The notes: generated by a model not told the origin, from the sequence alone. A stretch of 57,367 nt of DNA, filler included, from Dugesia japonica (GCA_001938525.1; 6 parts of 6 records of this genome joined end to end with filler, not necessarily neighbours in it); one strand, 5' to 3'; numbered from the whole stretch's first letter, positions 12,444-24,969 are shown. Numbers and translations: made by a program.

Positions 12444-13077
12444 AAACTGAATATACTTTTGAAAGATATTAAACATGAATGTGGCATTGAATTTAATGGT
12501 AACAGTTTNTTAAATTGACATAGTCTTTGTAGTGAAGTTTGCGAGGAACGGTTGGTGGATGACCTTATTGAAATGAATGGCACAGTAAATTTTATCATCA
12601 AAGACACTGATGTGGCTAGTGAATTTAAGGACATTGGATATTTGGTGGATTGGGACTTGCTAGTAGCAAGATCTTTTTTGTTGATACATTAAATCAGCAG
12701 ATACATTACTTGCATTGGTACAGCGATTTATTCTACCAGGCAGCNTCATAGTATCAGATTGTTGATGTGGTTATCATAACATTGTCAATCTGGATAATGG
12801 AATTTATACGCATGATGTTTTAAACCACTACTGTTATTTTGTTGATTCAAATGATTTAGATGTTCATTGAAAACCTTTGGATGCAGAGTAAACTAAAATT
12901 TCGACAACAATTTAGCACGTCTGAAGATCTATTTCCATCATACATGAAAGTATTTATTTGGCGAAATTATTATAAGCACACTAACATTTTATCACATTTC
13001 ATTAACGCCATTAATAGTCTGTAGAATATAAATTGTCATTTTGCTCTTCATGATTTTTTGATATTACGCCGATTACC
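12444..13077 (+). mobile_element. Merlin (IS1016/IS1595-like DDE) transposon remnant, 5'-truncated, with candidate right TIR
   Basis: HECGI...N*HSLCSEVCE; GHWIFGGL; SADTLLALVQRFILPGSxIVSDC*CGY; HDVLNHYCYFVD; IENLWMQSK; YMKVFIWR; stop at 13022-13024. Terminus reads GGTAATCGGCGTAA on the minus strand from 13077. Confidence 0.85.
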
Positions 13078-14191
13078 AAATTTAATGACGGCTTTTCTAC
13101 AAATTAAATCAAAAGGTCTTTTTTGTTTATATGTTTTAATATAGGATTTAAACATCGTTGAATATAATACATATGACATGTCAAATGGTATTTTTAGCAT
13201 TATAGAAGAAACATAATTCTTAATTAATACTGATCAAATTTTCAATTATTTTGATAATTTTCTATAATGCAAACAATCTAAAACCAATTATTCTTAGCGG
13301 TATCATATTTACGATATTTAAAAGAAAATCTTTGTTATTTGATATTATTTAAATAAAAATAATCATGATCTAATCCTGATACGTTTCGAAATAAATCCAA
13401 ATATATATATTTATCTATAGGTAATGTTGCAATACCAGTTGATGTGTCAGTAATGATCAGGATGGAATTAATTGTGAAAAATCCAAATTATGCTCATTAT
13501 AGCAGAATTTACAAAGAAATAAAATCTCATTGCAATTAATTGTAGAAAAGAAATGAAGAGAATACCGGTAAAGAAATATACAACTAATTAGCTCACACGA
13601 CAACCGAATCATTAGAAATTGTTTGCATCGATGGATAAATGGCATTTTGTCTCATTTATAATTACAAAATACAACGAAAAAATATAAAAATTAAATCTTG
13701 TTGATAGAAAATATTTTATATAAATTAAAATTTATTTATATAACTTAATAATTTTATTGNNNNNNNNNNNNNNNNNNNNNNNNNNNNNNNNNNNNNNNNN
13801 NNNNNNNNNNNNNNNNNNNNNNNNNNNNNNNNNNNNNNNNNNNNNNNNNNNNNNNNNNNNNNNNNNNNNNNNNNNNNNNNNNNNNNNNTAACAAATAGAA
13901 ACAAAATTTGATTCATATCGTCTGTTTTCAATTGTTTTTATGTCTGAAAATATACGATTGGAATTGTGTTATCTTTTAAAATTAAAAAAGACAGAAAAAG
14001 AACTGAAAGTAGAATTTCAAACATTTTCATAAATTAATTTAAAAAAATTATTTCTTTATAATATTGAACGTTAAAATGAATCTAAAATAAATTGAATAAT
14101 ATAAATAAAGTGTTTAAATAAATAAGATAAATAAATTATTAATTTGAATATTTTTTCGTTAGTAATTTTTAAATCCAAGAACAAATTTACA

Positions 14192-14193
<2 letters not shown>

Positions 14194-14234
<41 letters not shown>
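14194..14234. repeat. (AAT)n microsatellite running into a gap
   Basis: Direct reading of the sequence. Confidence 0.95.
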
Positions 14235-16825
14235 NNNNNNNNNNNNNNNNNNNNNNNNNNNNNNNNNNNNNNNNNNNNNNNNNNNNNNNNNNNNNNNNNN
14301 NNNNNNNNNNNNNNNNNNNNNNNNNNNNNNNNNNNNNNNNNNNNNNNNNNNNNNNTTATTTCTTGTTTCTATCTTAATGAGTACAAAATCGCCCACTTTG
14401 AATTCTCTATTTGTATTCTCATCTAAAGTAGTTTTTTAGTTTTACCGGAAACGTCTGACTCATACCATTTTTCTCTGCTAATCTACTTTCCAAATACAAT
14501 CCGAGTTGGGCTCACTTCAGTCGTCTTCTGCTTTGTTGCATTGTAAATTCTATTTCCAGTAAAAGATCTGCCTAATCTGTTGTCTTTCTTTCCTGAAGTG
14601 TTGCATTAATCAAATCTCGAATTTTCCTGAACTGTCTTTCAATTTATTTGTTTTTATTATGATGATATGGACTCGAAAAGCAAAGTTTAATATCTAACTT
14701 CAGTGAAAACTCTCTCATAACTTTAGATTCAAANGCTTTTCCACAATCTAATCTTATTTCTCTTGGACATCCAAATCTCAATATCCAATTTTCAAAAATA
14801 GCTTTTTGTATGGTTTCCTCGTCTTGTCTAGGCAATGCTACAAGAACCAGATATTTACTGTTCTGATCAATTATTCCAAGAATGTATTTTTTCGTCCACT
14901 TGTTTACCGCATTGGCTCACATATATCTGTGAATATCACTTCAAATAAATTTGTAGCTTCTTATCTCTTTGTCTACTCTTTAGTTGAAATTGCGATGTAA
15001 TTGCTTTCTTCGTCGTCATCATGAAGTTTAAAGCTTTATGATCTGTTCTAAGAGTAAATCTTCTATCGTACAAATAGTGTTTGAAGTGCAGGCAGAAATA
15101 ATAAAAAGCCAATAATTCTTTTCGTGTGATTCAGTATCCCTTTTCATGACTTGTCATTGAGTGTGATCCATGGTCAACAACTCTTTCTCTTCCTTTCTTA
15201 TCTTTCTGTGACAATACTGTTCCAATCCTATCAAAACTGGCATCTATATATAATATAAATTCTTTGTTTATGTCTAGAAAACACAATATTGGTGCAGTTA
15301 TTAGAGAATTTTTTAAACCTTTAAAGGTATCGTTTATTTCATCTGTCCATCTAATTTTTTGTAGCCCGGCCCGCTACACAAGTGCTCTAAGATCATTGAT
15401 TTTCTTGGGTAGTTTTCTATAAACTTTCTGTAATAATTACATATTCCTAAGACACTTCGTAATTTCTTTACATAGTTAGGTTTGCCAAATGTTCTTATAG
15501 CTTCTATTTTAAAGGGATCAGTTCTGAAACACTCCTTGCTAATTATGTGTCCAAGAAACTTGATTTTGCTTTAAAGAAACTGATACTTTTCTGGATTAAT
15601 TCTTATACCAACCTTCATTGTTTCCGTCAATACTTTTTTGATTACTTCAAAGTGTTGATATCTCTATATCAGGTGGCTCTATTGGTTTTGCCTACCACTT
15701 TTGTCATCATCTCTTGAAATGTCCTTAGTGCCGCTGCAATGCCAAATGGCCTTCTATTAAAACAATATTGTTGAAAATGCCGTTTTCTATGATATTCTTT
15801 TTTGAGCTCTACCTGATAGTATGCATTTCCCAAATCTATTGAACTGAAATAATTGGCTCCATCTAACTTGTCCAGCATTTCATCGACATTAGGCATAGGA
15901 AAGGCTTGTCTTTTTGTTACTGCATTCAAATGTCTGAAGTCCAAACATATTCTTATGTCCTTTTTTCCTTTTTCTAAACACAGATCAGTGANNTATTCCC
16001 NTTGAGAGTTGCATTTCCGGATAATATTATTCTCGAAAAGGTTTTGGATAGCTTCTTTAATTTTAGATTCTAAGTTTATTTGTTGTATATACGGTTTTAT
16101 ATTGATTAGTTCACCACTTATGATTATTTTGTGTCTTATCAGATGTGTGCGTCCTACATCTCATTTATCTGCCATAAAAGAATCTTCATTACTTTCAATT
16201 ATTTTCAATAACCGTTGATCTTCTTTAATCTTCTACATATTTAAGTCTCTTGTCAGTTGCTCTCTTGTTTTAATTTGTCTTCTAAATTTCGCTTCAATAT
16301 TGCAAACGTAATTTTCAACTTTTTCATCCGTTTTGCTGTCGACATTTCCCATAAGCTGATATCCAAAAATCTTCTGAATATCTATTTTTCCTATCAGATC
16401 TGGTGTCACTCTTTCAGAAACTAAGAAAGTAATCTCTTTGCAAACTTCATCCATTATCACTCCAATTTTAACTTTTCCAACAATTTCAATTGTACTATTA
16501 TTTGCACAGCGCAATCTTTCATCACTCATTTCTAAATGCATTTCTCGTAATTTATTAAAACAACTCAAACTCATCACGTTAATTCGAGCCCCTGTATCTA
16601 ATAGACATTCGACTTTATTTTCTTGAATTGCTACCGTAACACTTGGTCTGGCTTGCAATTTATGGTACGAAATATTTGTTTTCTTTTCTGCTTCAACTGT
16701 TCTAACCCATTCTTCTTTTCTATTATCCTCAAAATTATCCCTCTTTAAGAACCTGTAACTTTCTCGATATCATCCCACTTTTCGACTTCTTGAGGATAAT
16801 TATTCACATCATTTAACAATGAATG

Positions 16826-16865
16826 GCTCCAACCTACTTCAACTGGTGGAGCTCTGCCTTTTGGG
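16826..16865 (-). promoter_or_regulatory. Putative -1 ribosomal frameshift signal at gag/pol junction of element A
   Basis: C CCA AAA in the gag frame, then a 6-nt spacer and stem GCTCCACC...GG(T)TGGAGC. Confidence 0.65.
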
Positions 16866-17845
16866 TACTGCTTTTCAAAATCACTTTCATATACTTCCTT
16901 ATATCCATTGCTTATACTGACATCTTCATCTGCAATCGTATGTACTTGATTATATCAGTTTTTTGATCTTTCTGCATTGATAAATTTATAACTTGCTCTT
17001 TTTATTTTTAAATTTGTGTAGCACTTGTCTGTTCTATGTTTACTATTACCACATCTTTTACACCTCACTTCTTGAAATAACCTTTTAATATGAACAACCT
17101 TTTCACATCCAAAACATTTTGTTGGTTTTTTATTTGGACAATCTCGACTTATATGTCCGGTTTTATGACAAGTTCAACAATTGGTCGGACAATTTGCTTT
17201 AGTATGATCGATCTTATGACATAATTAACATTCGATATTTTGTTTTTCCTTTCTTTGCTTCTCATGTCTATTTATTGTATGATTTACTGGTTTCTGATAA
17301 TTTTGATTTGTAACTCTCGTGTTACTTCTAACTGCGTCAATTCGATCTCTATTTTTCTCTACTCAATTTACTAACGTCATTGTTTCTTCAATGTCTTCAA
17401 TATTCTCTCGTTTGTTCAAAGTCACTTCTTTTTAAACGTTTTTGTTATCTGAACAATATACTAGCATCTTTGCTACATTTTTTTTTGTAAAATCTTTATT
17501 TGTAAATAATCTTTCCACTAAATCTTTAACATTTTTAAAATAAATTTGAATCTCTTCATTTTCACGCCTGTAGTTAATCAAATGTTTAAGTCTTTGATAA
17601 CATATTTCTCTTTCTCAAATGCCATACGTAAACGGCCCTGAAATCTTACAACTTTTTTCAACGTCTTTGCACATTCTTTTAACAAATCTTTATCTAACAT
17701 GCAAGAGATTAATCTCTCCTCTTGTTTCACATGGGTGATGTTTTTAGCTTCAGAATATCATTCACACCGCTTGATGAACTTCTCAATATCATCTTCTCTG
17801 CAGAAAACCTTCGGCAATAACCTCTTTGTAATGGACTAGGTATTT

Positions 17846-17858
17846 ACCGCTACCACCA
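17846..17858 (-). promoter_or_regulatory. Primer-binding site TGGTGGTAGCGGT (tRNA-Leu-like)
   Basis: Immediately follows the LTR end ...CCTAACA and precedes gag. Confidence 0.75.
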
Positions 17859-18072
17859 TGTTAGGTAAATCTTCAATTGGTAATTAATTTTGCAAATCAA
17901 AACTACTATTTTGGGATATCATTTATTTTATTAGTTTAAATTTTTTAATGTAAACAATTAGTAAAAAATGTTAATAATTAAAATTTATTGCTTTATTTTG
18001 TAAATTACTGTAAATTCGAAGTTTTAGATTTAAAAAATATATTTTTAATAAATATAATAAATTTGTTTAAAT

Positions 18073-18172
18073 NNNNNNNNNNNNNNNNNNNNNNNNNNNN
18101 NNNNNNNNNNNNNNNNTTAATTAATTAANNNNNNNNNNNNNNNNNNNNNNNNNNNNNNNNNNNNNNNNNNNN
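18073..18172. other. Artificial assembly spacer
   Basis: N44-TTAATTAATTAA-N44. Confidence 0.97.
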
Positions 18173-18966
18173 TTATTCCATTACAAATGCATTTAGACTA
18201 TATATATATATATATAGTTTCGATTTTTTTAATTGGCTACTTAAAGGTGCTTGCAATTTGAATGTAACTCTTGGATTATGTTTTAGTTTCGAATTTTTTA
18301 TTACATTTTGCATGATTTGACTGCATTCTTCATTGTTAAAAAGTCAGTTAATTATTGTGTTTGTCTTTTGTTTGATTTTATTACATTTTGTATTCGAGGA
18401 TAAATATTTAGATAAAATTTTATTTGCAAATCCATTATTTAGGAATTTATATTTTATCAATTTGAGATAAGTCAGTTTCATTTCTTCATTTGAAAATAGT
18501 CTTTCAGCTCTTATTCTTTCACCCTTGATTACTCCAGTTTTCTATATGATGGTAGTATTTCAATTTAAGTCTTATATGGAGATTGATCATTATCAATTCC
18601 AACAGGCCTCCCAAAATAGTTAAATAGTCTTTGAAAGAAAAAACGAATTATTAATTATGATTTATTAACAAAATTAAAGTAATTAAAGAACAGAAAATGT
18701 ATTGAAAGTTTCAGCAGTGTAAAATAAAAATGTTATATAGCATCATATAACAAAAATAAAATAGTAAAAATAACAAAATACAGAAAAGATAATCCACGAG
18801 AAATTTTATAAAAATAGAAAACTAACATCCATTTTTTTATTCACGATGGAATTATTTTCAAAATGTTTATCAAGTGAAATCTGACCAATAGTCAATAAAT
18901 GTTGTAGAATGCATTTTCAATATGTGGTGTGAGTAAGATATATTATGATAATCAAATATTGTTTTA

Positions 18967-19036
18967 ACCCGTATGTATGTTGCGATTGATGTGACCCGTA
19001 TGTATGTTGAGATTGATACGACTCGTATAAACATTG
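18967..19036. repeat. 27-bp tandem repeat (~2.5 copies) inside the putative LTR
   Basis: acccgtatgtatgttg(c/a)gattgat at 18967 and 18994; degenerate third copy at 19021. Confidence 0.9.
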
Positions 19037-20174
19037 TTAATTATATAATATATTTCTCGAATCATTGTATCATTTATATTCCTCATATTTAGGAATTCAA
19101 TTAGTGTGTAATTGCCACTTTTATTATAATATAATTTTATTAAATTGGATTTAGTTCTCGATACTAATATGACGACTATGTTAAATACAAGCGAATTATT
19201 CCGCACCCTAAAATGTTCTCCGGAAATATGGATGTAGAAGATTTCATTGTGGAAATAAGGAATTATTTTGATTTAAACTAATCAATAGAGAACAGAGAAA
19301 TATCTTAATTCGAGCTTTTATGGACAAAGATTCTAGAAGACAATTAGAGAAGCTCAATAGTTCAGATAATTATTAAGAAAATCCAGTAATCTTGCAGAAG
19401 ACTTACAAAATGCTTTGCAATATCGATATGGTTATAATTCAATCGAAGAACTTATCCAACAAGTTGAAAAAAATGTAAAAAAGTAATTCGACACAAGTTG
19501 ATGTCGATGAAACTTACCGCATTTTTATCAAAGTATTGTTTGGATGATAAAACAATGAAAGAAGAAGAAACAAAATCGCTTCTCAAATTAAAATAGGCTA
19601 AAGAGAAAAGTGAAGAAAATGCAGATCAACGAGGACCAACTCTAGTGAAATATATAAAAGAAATTTTAAAATCAGCCGAGGAAAGAAATCTCAATGCAGA
19701 TATTGCGGTTCTCAATAAACCAGGTAATGCCCAAGCTACAAGACAAAAGTTTAATGCGTATCCATATCATCAAAGAAATTTTCAAAGTGAGATGATTGTA
19801 AAAAAGAATTACTTTCAAGAATCAAGAAATCAAAATGAAACCAACAATGAAAGACAATTCCAAATAAGATCGATCCATACAAAACCAATGAATTCTGAAA
19901 ATTATCAGAAAACTATTCAATGTTATGGATGCAAATACTTCGGCCATATCAGAAGGAATTGTCCAAATTTGCGTTGTTTAACGTGTCAAATGAGAGGACA
20001 TTTAAGCAGAAATTGTTTTCAATCAAGGAACAATCACAGAGAGAAGAATATTGCCAAACAGAAAAAATTATAAGAGAACCCAGAATTTAAAAGAGAAGAG
20101 ATTTCCCAATCGGTATGATCGAGTAGCTGCACTAGATGATGAATGTTCTCAAAATGGCAATGCTTAGATAATAA

Positions 20175-20216
20175 CGGAAAACTACAAAGCTTCGACCAAT
20201 TGGAAATGATCGGAGT
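20175..20216 (+). promoter_or_regulatory. Decayed gag/pol frameshift signal of element B
   Basis: GGAAAAC followed by stem GCTTCGACCA...TGATCGGAGT; encodes EMIGVIH, like the gag ends of elements A and F. Confidence 0.45.
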
Positions 20217-21149
20217 TATTCATATGGAATAATTGTTGTCTTCGATTCGAGATTTATTAAATATGAATGTAGTGCTGTAAATGTATGTGACTTATGTCTG
20301 TTTATAATGTATGTGTAAATGAATGTTCTGAAAATTATATAGATATTTTTGTTAATTCAAATAATTCTTTTAATAATTTTGATAATTATTTTAATAATAT
20401 ATTTGATGTAATAGATACAGATTTAAATTTTGAAAATAATGAAAATAATTATTTAACTGTTAATAGAAATAATGTAATTATAGGAAATTTGATAGTAAAG
20501 AGATAGTAAAATTTGAATATCAAAATGGAACTATTTCTAAGAATAATAAAAATTATGTTCCTAAAGATAAACAAAGTTACACCATTACGGTAACGCACAA
20601 AAAATATGCCACGCTGGATTTCAGAAGGTGTACGATTTTATTAAACAAAAATATTATTTGGAAAACTTTGAAGAATTTGTAAAGAAAAATATACAGAATT
20701 GCAGAATATGTCATCGAGGTAAAGTGTATACAATGAAAACGAAAGAGAAATGTCTAAAATTAGCATCAATTATTAAGTAAAGAGAATTCATTTAATGCAA
20801 AATAATGAGAAAGAATGTTCCAAAAATGACTATGAAATACGAAAAACGAACAGAAAATTCTAAAATTTAATAAGACTGGACCAGGAAAATGAATTACTAT
20901 TAGTGTTATTATCATTATTATTATGTAATTATTGTTATTATAATTATTTTAGCCTCGTTATAAAATATCGAAAAAAATGAAAATCGAACACAGATATGAA
21001 AATTTTATGTACAAGGAGCAAATGAAGAGTTTAATAGTAAAAATAAAATGCAATAATAAAATATTATATTAGAAGGGTCTCTACAACCCGTTTTATTTAT
21101 TATAGTAACGCTAATTAGCGTTTGATATTATTATAACTGCGTTAATTAA

Positions 21150-21480
21150 ACTGGTCCAGCCACCAGTGCCTTGTCAGCTTGAGGTAAAATAAATTGAAAA
21201 TTTGTCAACAAAATAGCTTAGTCACCTAACGCTAGACAAGGACTTTGCATAGAAACAAAACCGATTATTCAGAGGTCATATGACCGGCTGAATATTTTAG
21301 AAAATGTAAGTTGGTGTGTTGAATGAAATCACACCTAATAAGGAGAGAGAAGCACAACAAGCAAACATAGACTGGCTTCCAATCAGCGGTAGTAAAAGGT
21401 GAATAAACCGTTCTGATTGGCTGACCAGCCAGCAGTTCATTTTGTCCATCTTTCTGTTCGCCAGTTTCAATAAAACTGGG
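21150..21480 (+). repeat. Dispersed repeat with inverted CCAAT pair (copy 1), probably part of a long LTR
   Basis: Homologous to the reverse complement of 31630-31960 (gtcacct..agacaa.gactt..catag.aacaa.acc.att..tcagaggtca; ccaatcagcgg...accgttctgattgg.tgac.a.ccagca). Confidence 0.85.
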
Positions 21481-22294
21481 CGACGCGTGAGGAAATCGGC
21501 ACAATGTTTTGAAAAAATCTTATTTCAACTTTTATTTGAACAAATTGCTAACTTTAATTTTTTGAACACAATTACTAATTTTTAAGTAGTAGCTAAATTT
21601 TGGAAAAAGGAAAATGAAAGTTGGAATATTTATTGGTGAGAGATCGAGGATTGTCGACGTCAGATAAGGAGAATACTAAATCGCAAAACGTCTTGAATTG
21701 CTCACCAGAAAATGAGGATAGTAATCCACCAAATGATATGAGTGGTTATTTGAGAAAGCGAGAATGTTATTTTGTAAATTTATCAAGAATGGTTGGTAGG
21801 AGAAAACGATAATGGGTGAAACTAACACGAATTGGTGATTTTAGTAAATGGTAATAACAAGCGATAGAAGTAACAAAAATTGTTGAGAAAACTAGAATAA
21901 TATGTAATGAGTGACTCCTAATGTGTTCGAAAGAACAAAAGTACTAATTGGCCAAAGCAATGTGAATTGTTTAAGAAGACTAGAACATAAATTGGCCAGA
22001 TTAATATATTACTTTCTGCAGATCAATACAGTGAAACTGAAAATAAAGTGATAAATTTGGAATTTTGGTGTTTTATAAGTCTGTGATTGAGACAACAGAT
22101 AAGATAAGAGAATAATTGTTTTCTGGGAGCTCGGCTATCTCGCATAACTAACCTTCTATGTTAGGGTGTTTATCTTGGTTCGGTTATTGGATAACATGAT
22201 TTTTTTAAAGTGATTCTACATAGAATATTATGCTTATATCAATTTATAGTTATTTTCTTTTGGTTTTCATTAATTAGNCATTGTTTAAATTATN

Positions 22295-23143
22295 TAATAA
22301 AATTATCGGTGAAAAGTTAATTTAACATTCTTAAATTACGATTTATGTCCAACGTCTCAAAATAAAACAAGTTGTTAAGGAAATTCTTGAGAGGGCTTTG
22401 TAGTAGCAGAAACCTGAAAAGATGGCGACTTTAGTGGACATCTTCTCTGATCAGTGCTATAGAAGCAAAAGAACCAGAAACGATAGGCCCCAGGCCGAAG
22501 AATCGTTAGGCAATTGTAATATTTCCTGTGAATTTATTTAAATGATTTTTGTTGTTGTTATAAGAAAAATAGATAATTTTATATTAATAGGAAATAGCCT
22601 ACTTTAAACCGCACATCCTATTGGTGCTCACTAGTGATGGAGACGAGGAAACCTTCTGAATCCCATGCCAAAATGCCATGGAACTCTTGGATGAACAGAA
22701 GCTGGGCCACGAAAAAGATATAGGAGAAGTAAAAGCAGGACAACAGGAGGTCGTAAAGCAAAATTTGGAGTTGAGACATAAGTTGAAAACAGCCAGAGAT
22801 GAGAAAAAGAAGTTGGAGATTTAACTAGAAGAGATAAGGCTGGATTTGCGAGTAACTGTACATGACATTGAAATGACCATGCAACAGACGGTTGAGTACC
22901 GAGCATTGATAGAAAAAGTGGAGGATAACATAGAAGCTAATGAATGACACTGGGGTTGTTACCGAGTTACAGGACCCAGTGATCGTCAAGATTGAATCAT
23001 TTTCTTAATAAATGCATTCNNNNNNNNNNNNNNNNNNNNNNNNNNNNNNNNNNNNNNNNNNNNNNNNNNTAATAAAATTATCGGTGAAAAGTTAATTTAA
23101 CATTCTTAAATTACGATTTATGTCCAACGTCTCAAAATAAAAC
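22295..23143. repeat. Exact 74-bp direct repeat (22295-22368 and 23070-23143)
   Basis: Identical sequence; the second copy starts right after a 50-N gap. Confidence 0.95.
22624..22947 (+). pseudogene. Decayed coiled-coil ORF (two in-frame stops), probably retroelement cargo
   Basis: ...MELLDEQKLGHEKDIGEVKAGQQEVVKQNLELRHKLKTARDEKKKLEI*LEEIRLDL...; GC-richer than the flanks. Confidence 0.55.
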
Positions 23144-23150
23144 TGAATAA

Positions 23151-23336
23151 GTCGTCCAAGTTCGCGTCCATTAGTTGGCTCTTCAGCAGGCGAATCGTCT
23201 CATGGCCAATGTCATCAAGATATACGCGGACAGTGAGGCTACAATGTTCCACACTCTGCGAACATGGCGGTTAAATTATCGTTCGTCAGAAGAGCCCACT
23301 GTTACCGTGGACAAGATAGTGAACCTTGATGCGTAA
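23151..23336 (+). pseudogene. Fragment of an unknown small protein homologous to 32337-32615
   Basis: LALQQANRLMANVIKIYADSEATMFHTLRTW aligns without gaps to LTFIVNNRMMSEIIRSYANREVAMLANVRTL. Confidence 0.65.
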
Positions 23337-23804
23337 TAGCTGGTGGCGAAACTGTAAATATATAAAGAAATAATAATTGATGTTCATTGGGTTGTGCTTG
23401 TGTTCGAAAAAGTAAAATCATAAGTGTTATTTCAAGTCAAATTTTAACTAAGCAAGTGAGATAGATTGCTATAGGGGTTCACAAATCTAGTGAGTAGGAT
23501 TCAATACCACAACGTTGCACTGAACCCGAGGAAAGAGAGGGGCATGGTACAGAAGTACCATAAATGCTTGTGGTTTTTAGATATGCCCCTAGACAATGCA
23601 ATGAATTGTTAAAATGGAAAGCGAGTTACATAAAGAGTGAAATAGATTTTCTGTTAAAAAATAAAATCCTAAAAACCTAACTGATTACAGTGTAATTTTA
23701 CAATTTAAGTAAAATAATCAAACTAACGTAAGCGGCATATCGATCCGGAACAAGCACATGGCGCAATTGAAATCAATATGATAACCCGAATTAATTAATA
23801 TATA

Positions 23805-24180
23805 TGTTTTTCATTACACACTAGCATCGACAAAATTTCTATCTGATTCATTTTATCATATATCTATATTAAACACTCTCGTATCCTTCGTAAGTTTATT
23901 AAATTCCTCAATATCCCATTTATTTATCCTTATTGAACACATAATTTTCTGATTCAGAAACCATTGCAACACTTTTCCAATAAATCACATTTTTCTAGTT
24001 AATATCAATTCAAAAGTGAATTCATTTTGATTATTTTTTTTGAAAATTACAGCAGTATTTATACCCGTTTTCTGGTACACCCCCATTCTTTTTATTGGTT
24101 AATTGGCATAATTTGATTTTTCTATCGTTTTCATTGGCTAAATTATTCAAGTCTTGTTGCCTGATGTCTTCTCATTGGTC
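23805..24180 (-). promoter_or_regulatory. LTR-like Pol II promoter/terminator module
   Basis: Minus strand: four CCAAT boxes (24174, 24134, 24102, 24094), TATAAATA (24056-24063), downstream AATAAA and a ...AAAAACA end at 23805. Confidence 0.55.
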
Positions 24181-24969
24181 AATATTTTGGAATTCNGAAA
24201 GTGCTGGTATTCAATTGACTATCCTTAAAATCCTTGTAATTTCTTTCTTGGTATAGCTATGATTTTCTAGCTTAAATTTTTGAAATCAAGGACGTTTTCT
24301 TGACCATAATCTTTTTGACAACTGGTTTTTCCTTAATTGGAATTCTGTTTTCCTCTATTTTCGTTATCGCGTAAATTTTATTTCTTTTTATAATAAATCA
24401 TTTTAATTTGCATGATTTATTGTATTTAATAAATTCATTGTTTATTTTTGTTTTCTTCTCAATTAATTTATTAATTAGATTGCCCATTTTCGCTTCCAAA
24501 CAGAAATTTAATTTAATTTCATAAATAATTCATTTAATTTATTTTTCCCTCTTTAATTATTAATTTAATTCAATTTTCTTTATTCTTCTTACTGAATTTT
24601 TTGCTCACGTTATTATTTGCCGTTTTCTTTGTTTTCTCACTTTGCTTGTGCCTTCTGTTATTTTCATTCTTCTTTATTTTCCTCGTTTCCAAGTTGTTTC
24701 CTTTTGTTTCAGGATTTTACTGATTATTGACTATGCTTTATTCCCTAATCTTGGTTTTCCCTATATTACTTCTTTCATTAACTGATCTTTGACCTCCTAT
24801 TTTTTGGATTCTTTTTTTCTCTTCCTTATATCTTCTTTTTCGATTTCATCTCTACCTATCACTTTTATTATCTAAGAATTTGAATTTTTCGACTATTATT
24901 TGGACTTAATTATGAAAGTCTTTTACTAATTATACTATTTTTCACGAATCTTCCTTCTATATACTTTTT

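Larger units (their letters stand above)
14356..18072 (-). mobile_element. Ty3/gypsy retrotransposon A, degenerate (LTR, PBS, gag with 4 CCHC, PR, RT, RH, IN)
   Basis: gag LPKVFCREDDIEKFI; knuckles at ~17030-17235; protease LLDTGARINV (16233-16658); RT DFRHLNAVTKRQAFPMP...PFGIAAA with the YxDD segment deleted; RH DHKAL; IN WILRFGCPREIRLDCGK...SSPYHH. Many stops and internal deletions. Confidence 0.93.
18900..20780 (+). mobile_element. Ty3/gypsy element B, internally deleted (LTR, gag and integrase Zn-binding remnant only)
   Basis: LTR-like 18900-19169 (starts TGTTG); PBS-like TGACGACT; gag PKMFSGNMDVEDFI; ORF 19645-20073 with CYGCKYFGHIRRNC and CLTCQMRGHLSRNC; HAGFQKVYDFIKQKYY...CRIC at ~20600-20715. 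No PR, RT or RH seen. Confidence 0.85.

Noticed and set aside
13420-13645. EGF/Sushi-like exon
   Set aside because: Only scattered cysteines with stops; no consistent frame.
18967-19036. 27-bp repeats as a CRISPR array
   Set aside because: Head-to-tail with no spacers, no cas genes, eukaryotic LTR context.
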